This document shows positions 55,496 through 64,000 of a stretch of DNA of 64,000 nucleotides, piece after piece. This DNA comes from Octopus vulgaris. Its lineage: Eukaryota. The stretch lies in assembly GCA_951406725.2 (NCBI GenBank), contig OX597817.1, forward strand, positions 131,192,001 through 131,256,000, in the 5' to 3' direction. Both the position numbers and the translations under genes were made by a program. The first letter of the stretch is position 1; every line of letters starts with the position of its first letter. The notes beneath the pieces were generated by a model. The model saw nothing but the letters and a program-made list of their open reading frames with translations. It had not been told where the DNA came from and did no database searches.

Positions 55496-55749
55496 TAAGG
55501 TAAAAGTTTTTATTTTCCAATCACTTTCGGAATTACAACAATTGGTGGCTTGGAATTTTAACTGCTCTTTCTAGCGAGTCAGATTTCCTATTCTTCTGGT
55601 ATCTCTTTTGTGTTTGAACGTACACTGTATTCTTTGAATAATATACTTTTATATATATATATTTGTGTATGCATATATATATGTGTATACATATGTAAAT
55701 GTAATATACACAGCTATATGTATATATAAGCATATATATGTAATATATA

Positions 55750-55844
<95 letters not shown>

Positions 55845-56522
55845 AAAAAATAGTGAAGGTAGAAAATGCTAAAATGTTTTTATAGAAAGCATTTCAGTAC
55901 CAGTTTCGGTCATTGAGACTTTTTCAACTGTAAGTGTGGAAAACAATTAAATTTTGCAAAAATTAAAAGATAAGTTTTTTTAAAGAATATTTGCATAGTA
56001 TTCATATACAGGGGGCATTTTCCTTGTTTTTGCCTGTCTCTCTCTAGTTTACTCTTGTGAGTTCGAGGTCGTTGTGAATTATTGGCAGAAAAGAAGAAGA
56101 AGAAGAAGAAGAAGAAGAAGAAGAAGAAGAAGAAGAAGAAGAAGAAGAAGAAGAAGAAGAATATATATATGTATATATATATATATATATATAATTATAA
56201 TAATAAGGGTTTTTGCAACAAGTTGCTTAACCACATACCGAAAATTTTAGAAATAGCAGCCAAAAGACTACTATTTCCATTTACTACAAAAATAAGTTTC
56301 CACAGGCAACAATATTTGTAACTCACATATGGCAAAAAAAGAAGAAAAATAATGAAATCACACTGTCTTCGGTTAATTATGGACGGTATATATATATATA
56401 TATACTCCAGAATCCGCATATTAAATTGTTATCGATGCATTAATATCAATGTTTAATAAAAATTATTCATTTCAGTATGTAAGTCAATATTTAGTATAAA
56501 TTTCAGGAAGAAATAAACCTGA

Positions 56523-57028
56523 CTATTTACTACACACAACACATGTTAACTCTCTATAGTTCTCGTATGGAGGACTTGGCAATGAACCAACCACAGCTTG
56601 TACGTGGTATAAGAGAGCACCATTCTTGTTTTCGTATCCTTTGGTATCAGCTTCAGCTTCTTTGTCGACACATATATATTCAGTTCTACCTGCATGCTTA
56701 TAATATTCTGACATCAAATAACCTGAATACTCCATTTTCCATTTACCCACACACTCTTTTCGACCTGGAATCATCAATACTGAAGCAGGTTTGTTAGTTT
56801 CACAGACTGCACAAGGGACATCTTGATCCTGCAAAGCGTATGGTTTAGGTGCAAACATTCCAAATGTCTTACTTTTCGCATAGGTTGCTACTTCATATTC
56901 GACACCGTATATATAGCCGGTGTATGCCTCATTAATGTTTGTGTAATTGCCCCATTGAGGGTTCATTGTTAAGCACAAATAGTTGCTTCCGCCTCCAGAG
57001 TGTGAGTAATGTGTTCCGGCAGCTACAC
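56523..57028 (-). CDS. Last coding exon of a short-chain-collagen-C4-like domain protein (probably secreted)
   Basis: GVAAGTHYSHSGGGSNYLCL...YGVEYE...QDVPCAVC...LMIPGRKEC..WKMEYSGYLMS...TEYICVD...NGALLYHVQ...LPSPPY...ELTCVVCSK*. CAG acceptor at 57031-57029, phase 1. Confidence 0.9.
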
Positions 57029-57439
57029 CTGTCAACAAATATGCGATTTCAGTGTTAATTTTTGAATTATCTAATGAATGAAATAACATCTATAAATCTA
57101 ATTGAAATATCTAATGAATCAAATAAATGAGTGAAATGGAGAACAATTGTTCCACTGTAGCGATCAAATCTAATTAACATTCATCAATTATCGTCAACAA
57201 ACAAAGGTTCTAGTGAATTAAATAAGAATTGATTAATTATAGTTTTCACTTATTTCTTCTCAGAAGACGAATCAAAAGTTGTTTAAAAAAATAGTATTTT
57301 GAGTAAAATCCATGTCTCGAGTTTTATTCCTGGTAAACTATTTGTAACGTTTAGTAATCTAGAAGTGTGTTGTGTTGTAGTGTGAAAATTCTCGAGACAT
57401 AAATAACCAATGTTGAGGTGAAGCATTATATATGCTTAC

Positions 57440-57517
57440 CTGAATAGACTTGGGTAGATCTTCTAGAAGTGCAATTTCGTTTTCCCCACTGTGTGTATAT
57501 GGCACCAGACCGAACAG
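57440..57517 (-). CDS. Internal 78-nt exon of the same gene
   Basis: TTTCTCTTACAG acceptor and GTAAGC donor, phase 1/1. Encodes VRSGAIYTQWGKRNCTSRRSTQVYSG (YxxWG..C...YSG motif) in frame with the last exon. Confidence 0.9.
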
Positions 57518-57548
57518 CTGTAAGAGAAATGTGTGATTTATCTATAGA

Positions 57549-59900
57549 TTAGCAGAGATATCCGGCATTGATCGGGATTAAACTAGCATAGTTAGTAAAT
57601 ATATTGCAGTTATGTTCAACCATTTGATGCGGTGAAGTATAGCATTGATGACAAAACATTTGTGAAGTAAATGATGGGCTAATTCAACTAAGCGACATGT
57701 CATGAGTCCGTATGGAGGACTTCAGGCCCTAACCTCTCATGGAAAATGGGTGGTGAGTGGGTATGCCAGGGGATATACTCTCCTTTGCGGCTGCCGGTGT
57801 TGCGGCTCCCACGACCCATAGTATGGTTGACAGTTGGATGAATGTAAGTGTAATGTAGACATCGTATGTCAATGGTTGCATTTCGGAAAGGAGCTGCAAT
57901 AGGAGACGGCAACGGTGAAACGAACTGTTGAAGTGTTGAAGAAGACAAAGGGTTGACATTGGCTTGTTTGGGTGGATGTAGAATAAGAAACATAAGCCGA
58001 GACTATGCAATCACATGAGAATATGTAGTAATGAATTACATGAGAAAATAAGGCAAAATGGCTTTCCACGTGGTTGGTGGGAGTTATTGGAGAATATAAT
58101 TTGATACGGAGGTCCATACAGGAAACTGCTTTGTTGGTCAGGTCTTCGGGACTGTTGGTATTAACCTGTTGAATTCCGAAGTAGTATCCCTCTTCCTCAT
58201 TCGCTAAGAACAGTGGATACTGGAGCGCATCGTAGGAAGGTAGTAATTCCTACAAATCCTCTTGGTAATCAATATTTTCCTTTGGGAAAGTATGCAAACA
58301 GATTTTTGCTTTGCTTTCCACTGTAGAGAAGCCAACATATAACTGCCTGTGAGAAGCACGAGTCTTCCCAATTAAGTCCTGCCACAGATAGTGTCTGACT
58401 CTGGGGTTTATTTATAGACATTGCGAAGCGGGCCCGAATGAGAAATTGCATCCTTCTGAATGGAAATTGAATTTCTGCTCCCGATAAAATAGGAAGAGTC
58501 CTGGGTACGAAAACATCCTTTCCATTTCCACATTCAGACAGAATGGTGGCCTCAATAACATGTGGCATCATATTCTTTACCACAAGGCGTATCCCATTGC
58601 AGACTGTTGATGGATCGAAATTCCTCAATAGCATTACTGGAGTTCCCACTATAACTTCCAATCTAAGAGGAGATAGTTCTAGAGGCTCCAGTATACTGGA
58701 GGCTCCAATGGTGTTGGAAGCGCATTGCTGGTCCGAAAGTAGTTTTGGCTCAGTTTCATTGATATATCTGGCGGCGAGTACATCAATGCCATAGGATGTT
58801 TCTTGTAGGATCTGTGGGAAGAGTGCTTGACCCTGTGCGGTAGGTTTGGGGCAGGCCATGTGTTGGCAAAACATTTCCACCCATTAAAACAATCTTCTCT
58901 TCTAGGTCAATTATTGCTCTATTTTAGACTTCGTGACTGGAACCTACTTCCATGACAGGAAACTGTAATTGTACTTGATGCTTCAGAACTTCAGACAGGT
59001 CATCTCTGCACTTGATCCACAAAGAGGCAGAATCACACAGATCCCATGTTTGCAATAATACTGTAGATATTGCCCTGAGACTTCTAGGTGACTGTGGTAC
59101 CAGCTTCTGCCAGAGTTGTATCCCACTGTGTTTCATTTTCTAGCAGTCCGTGTTTAATGCAGACTTCCCTATATGTAGCACAAAGTTGTCCATCAACAAT
59201 TTTTAGGTCTTGGAAACACGTTGGTCATCTAGCCCCATGCAGTTTCAGAGGGAGATAGAAACACTCATGCTCGCTGAGATGTACTGTGAAAACACTCCCC
59301 AGGCAATTGTCAAAGTTTATGCATCCATGTCTTCTTGTTCCAGGTGAGGTAGGAATGTACCTGAGGATACAACAAGGTTTGAGCAAATGGATATACTGGA
59401 GGCTCCAATGGTGTCGGAAGCGCATTGCTGGTCCGAAAGTAGTTTTGGCTCAGTTTCATTGATATATCTGGCAAGTACATCAATGCCATAGGATGATTTT
59501 TGTAGGATCTGTGGGAAGAGTGCTTGACCCTGTGCGGTAGGTTTGGGGCAGGCCATGTGTTGGCAAGTACATCAATACCATAGGATGTTTCTTGTAGGAT
59601 CTGTGGGAAAGTTTGAAAAACGCAGTGTGGATGATGTCCTCTGGTTCCTCTGCCAATTCAGCAGCATTAGCATCGGTGGCATAAACTCTTTGACCGTTTT
59701 CTGGCTTGCTACTTGGGTGGAGGTTCAGATCTGCCCTGCTCGAAAATATAAGGACACAGAATATTTGTCTCGTATAGCGAGATAGAATCGATGTTTCATG
59801 GGGATAAGTAACAGGAGCTTTCCTCCCATCCTGGGAAAGCCACATTATGTTGGCAGTCAGCATTCTATTGTGTCGTTACTGTATGTCTCTTTTGGAGAGA
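57549..59900 (-). mobile_element. Rearranged Helitron (Rep and PIF1-helicase fragments) inside the host-gene intron
   Basis: PVMLLRNFDPSTVCNGIRL...RRMQFLIRARFAMSINKPQSQTL (58269-58880), YDALQYPL, TAFFKL, IVDGQLCATYREVC. 3' hairpin CCCGATCAATGCCGG followed by CTAA at 57549-57552. Confidence 0.85.
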
Positions 59901-59978
59901 TTTAGAAATATAATATTTCTATGTTTGTCACTTTGAGTTGTATATATTTTCGATAATAGATCGGTAGCGACAACTAAC

Positions 59979-60068
59979 CAACCAAGCTACTCCACGCTGA
60001 TAAAGAGCAATAATACAGAAACCAGTTCGTCGATGTCAAGTCTTGGTGCGTGGAGCTGCTGATCTCCC
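59979..60068 (-). CDS. Candidate upstream exon of the same gene (signal-peptide-like)
   Basis: TTTTATATTTTCAAACAG acceptor and GTTAGT donor; 90 nt, open in phase 1/1; ...TNWFLYYCSLSAWSSLV joins in frame to AVRSG. Confidence 0.55.
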
Positions 60069-60358
60069 CTGTTTGAAAATATAAAAACAGAACTTTTGTG
60101 TCATATAGCCAGCTAGAAACATTGTTTCTTGAGGCAAAATAATAATAGCATTCGCCACATCCTAGAATTGACGCATTATGTTAGCAAAATATTATCATTT
60201 TATTGTGCTGTCGCTGTATGTCTCTCTTTGAGATGCTTAGGAATATATTATCTCTCTCTCGTTCTCCCCCTCTCTCTATCTATATATATATATAAACATA
60301 TTTGTGTGTATATATATATATAAATATATACATATATACATATATACATATCTATCTT

Positions 60359-60424
<66 letters not shown>

Positions 60425-60965
60425 TTTCATTTCATCTCATCTAGTTTCAGCTCACGAGCTGTGGCCATGCTGGGGCACCCCCATTCGGTGTTGCTACATG
60501 ATTTTACTTCACGAATGCTTTTTAACAATTGACATTTGTTGCATGAGAGAGTTTGATGCTACTGCCATCATCTGCACCTCCTGCCGTGAAGTTGGTTCAT
60601 CTGGGACACCTGACAAGAAGAGGTCCAGCTTTATTTTGAAGACATCTTCATCCACCCCATGCATGTCTCTGAGGTCCTTCGGGAAGATATTGAAGAGCTG
60701 TCGACCTCTGAAGCCCAGGCTTTGGCAGTATCTTGTCCTACATCTTGATGGCAAATTTGGAGTCCTTGGCACTATGTACTTGCGCCCAGTTCTAGTATTT
60801 GTGTAACTCTCGATGCCAAAGTTTGGGACAAGTCCTTCCAGGATCTCCCAGATGTATATTACGGCATATCTTTCTCACCTACGCTCTAAGGAATAGAGTC
60901 TTAATCTCTTGAGTCTTTCCCAATAGCTTATATGCTGCATAGAGGCTATCTTCTTCGTGTAGCTT
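60425..60965 (-). mobile_element. CR1-like LINE 3' end
   Basis: SYWERLKRLRLYSLERR...IYIWEILEGLVPN...FKIKLDLFLSGVPDEP, then 3'UTR and a GAAAT-repeat tail. Confidence 0.88.
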
Positions 60966-61014
<49 letters not shown>

Positions 61015-61374
61015 CTTCACGGTTATTTCTTCCTAACAACTTTTTGAACAGTTTCCTCCATGTTTTACGAGACGTTAGTTCATTCTTACACGTCGTATGG
61101 GTATTCGTCGTGATAAGACGTACTTTCCATAGCTCCGGCCGGTCAATAACCAAAGAAGTATATTTCAACTCAAGTCAGCAGTAACATTCCTTGTTTTTAG
61201 TCCCAGAACTTTTGAATTCTACTATTCTACTATTTCACTACCATCTCCCACACACACACAGATATAACCACGCATTTCCGAATATATCGACACAAACCTT
61301 TCAACGGTGCATTCACTATTATACATCAAGTCATCAATAACTGACGTACAGTGTATAATACTGACCCACTGAAT

Positions 61375-62300
61375 ATGGCCAATGATATTCCAAAACGCCA
61401 CTGGGTAGAAAATGAAATCAGTGCACTGATAAACGCTTGGTACACTCACCATAACGATTGTGTAAAAGCTAACGTTTACAGTAAAAGCGCTGAAAATTTA
61501 GCAAAACTATCCTTTTACAGATCTGCAAAACAGATCGAAAATAAAATAAAAGAGATCACAAGATTATTTCCTATTTTCCACACGCACATGGCAACACTAA
61601 AAGCCATACTTGTCAATGGATGTAGTGCACCAAATGACCCAACTCCAATAGGTCAGGGGTCACTTCAACGACCCGATAGCCAGCAACAAACAACATCCTC
61701 ATTGATATCACTATCTGACCGAATTCCACCCAACACTACCTTGGCAAGCCAGAACTCACTATCACAACAACAACAGCCTGCTACTGCTACAACATTAGAA
61801 GCACCTTGTTTGGCACCAGTATCTGACCCGATTCCACCAAGACCTACTGTTGCAAGTCAAGTTTCACTGCTGCTACAGCAACAACAACAACAGTCTGCTA
61901 CTGCTACTACAATAGGACCACTGACCAACGAGCCTGCCAGAATAGAAAACCTCTACTACACCCACGTTAAAAACCCTGTCGTTACCATTCTCAAGGCAAC
62001 TGTAGAATTGGCCCCAGCGGCACCAACAAGGGACGCTGTGCTTTTTTCCATCCTACCTTATGTCGTAGACTTGTTAAGGGCACCTGCCCCTATGGTATAA
62101 CGGGAAAAAACTGCCCTCACCTCCACCCTAAATGCTGTCCTAAATACAGAGCCAATGGTCCTGATCCCAAATATGGATGCACAAAAGGCAATGGATGCAC
62201 CTTCTTCCATCCTAAACTGTGCCAAACTTCTGTATCAGTAAGGATGTGCTTGAACACAGAATGCAATCACCACCATCTGAAGGGCACAAAACGATCGCAA
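61375..62300 (+). pseudogene. LINE ORF1: Myb/SANT-like N-terminus, Q/P/T-rich linker and four CCCH zinc fingers (frameshift before about 61975)
   Basis: KRHWVENEISALINAW...RSAKQIENKIKEI. The shifted frame reads CRYHSQGNCRIG...CAFFHPTLCRRLVKGTCPYG...CPHLHPKCCPKY...GCTKGNGCTFFHPKLCQTS...MCLNTECNHHH. Confidence 0.75.
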
Positions 62301-63113
62301 AGTTAAATATAAACAGCAACAGAGAAGACCTACGACAACAACAAAAACAAAATACAACCACATTTCACCTCCTACAATCAATTAACGAAGACAGACCCAA
62401 GAAAAAAACATAAGACCAAATAACATAAACATGAACTATGTATCCTCTGACCAAGTAGCAAACCAAAGAGGCAATTCTTTTTTAGTGACTTACCTAGAAA
62501 ATATGAAGGCTGATCTAAGCCAGGAGATCCAACGAGCTATCAGCAACCATTTATGCAAATCACAAGGACCACACACCCACTACCAACTAGAAAATCATAC
62601 ACACACAGCTCCATACAAAAACTACCCACATTGTTACCTCTGAACACCATAAAACATAACTTAGAACAATGCAAACATCAAACTATCCTTGACATTCCTG
62701 TTAAATATACGTGGCATCAACCCATCAAACATTGCCCAAAAATGGAAGGTCTCATATATAGAGAGTTGGCTTGCTGAAACGACACATTGCTTCCCTTTCT
62801 TTATCCTTACTGAAACTCACCTAAACAACACAAATATGGATGCCGAGGAGAAAATAAAAGATTTCACCATCGTTCGTGCAGATGGCACAGACCGAAATAA
62901 AGGAGGGACAGCCATCTTTATCTATGACTCCTTTTCAGTTGATGCCAAGGACATATTTTCCAATGGCTATTGTGAATCTATATCACTGTTCACCAAAGCC
63001 AAAGACATAATTATTGTTTGTCTTTACAGACCTCCCTAAGCACCTCTAAAGTACTTTGAAGAGTGCCTTAACAAAATCAAGTCCTTCCTTCAAAAATACA
63101 ACTCCGGGAACAT

Positions 63114-63210
63114 GTAATGGGTGATTTAACCTCCCTCATATAACTAGTAATGGGTGATTTAACCTCCCTCATATAACTAGTAATGGATGATTTAACCTCC
63201 CTCATATAAA
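63114..63210 (+). repeat. Three tandem 33-bp repeats disrupting the LINE endonuclease GDFN region
   Basis: GTAATGG(G/A)TGATTTAACCTCCCTCATATAACTA x3. Confidence 0.9.
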
Positions 63211-64000
63211 CTGGCCCACAAATACTCTGAAGTTAGGCAAATGCTCTACATCAGAGAAAGCAGCAGCAGAATTACTCTTTAATCTAATGGATAAATTCTT
63301 CCTGACTCAGCTAGTGCTCGAACCAACAAGACAGAATAAAACGATCTTGGATTTAATATTAACCAACCACTCTAGCTCCGTTCACAGTATTTCAGTTGAA
63401 AAAACTCTCCTCTCAGACCACGACATGGTTCTCTGCAATCTTAATTCCCGATATATCAAAACCAAACCAGCCAATCCCACTCATTTGACAACATAAACTT
63501 CCACAAAGCGGACTGGGGAGCAATCAGGAAGGATCTGTCTTTCATCGACTGGTCTTTTACTCTCAATTCCACCCAAATTGAGACCGCATAACAGCACTTT
63601 GAGAACATTGTCACCTATACATGCTCAAAACATGCTCCTACGAAATCCACTAACACAAACAGAAACCGGCTTCCTAAAAAGAAAAAAAAACAATCATGAG
63701 GCGCATCAAAAGACTCAATAAAAAAAATCAACCAATTAAAATATTCCCGCATACAACATCCACATTCAACAACAATGAAAAGGCTGGAGTAGGAAAAACT
63801 TCATCTGCAGACCCACATGAAAACCTCCATTGAAAATCAGAGCTGTGGAGGAACAGTGTGTAATCAAAAACATCAAACAGAACCCAAAAGTGTTCTATTC
63901 TTATGCAAATAAGCATAGAACCACTATGTCATCCATTGGGCCATTGATTGATGATAACGGCATTCCCCAACACGATGCTAAAGAAATGGCAGAAATACTG

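Larger units (their letters stand above)
61010..64000 (+). mobile_element. CR1-like LINE 5' part (ORF1 and ORF2 endonuclease), decayed, continues beyond the window
   Basis: ORF2: LLNIRGI, LTETHL, RADG..KGGTAIFI, CLYRPP, ILDLILTN, SDHDMV, KQNPKVFYSY. ORF1 spans about 61375-62640. Confidence 0.88.

Noticed and set aside
57029-57089. N-terminal extension MLFHSLDNSKINTEIAYLL of ORF 56523-57089
   Set aside because: Intronic; the splice acceptor at 57031-57029 and the upstream exon supply the conserved domain start.
58269-58880. Host PIF1 helicase gene
   Set aside because: Degenerate motifs, no exon structure, embedded among Helitron Rep fragments and termini.

Overview
AT-rich, microsatellite-saturated animal genomic DNA. 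The SINE and LINE repertoire looks like Octopus (cephalopod); this is inferred, not proven. Almost the whole window is nested transposable-element debris: Tx1/L1-clade LINEs, Penelope-like elements (PLEs), R4/Dong RLE retrotransposons in (TAA)n tracts, CR1-like LINEs, a deleted Gypsy LTR element, mariner and Tigger DNA transposons, Helitrons and tRNA-derived SINEs. Only one host gene is supported: a minus-strand, spliced gene with a short-chain-collagen-C4-like domain (exons 60068-59979, 57517-57440, 57028-56523). The most notable hidden signal is a set of type I hammerhead ribozymes (HHRs). About six have an intact CUGANGA/GAAA/UH core and about eight are variant or degenerate. They include a non-coding 475-nt HHR-to-HHR monomer in inverted-plus-tandem arrangement (27169-28270), which is retrozyme/mini-PLE-like. 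Also notable are an ORF1-only Tx1-like element bounded by 15-bp direct repeats and a CR1-like ORF1 with a Myb/SANT-like domain plus four CCCH fingers. Most short ORFs in the supplied track are microsatellite artefacts. All calls were made by eye, without database searches.
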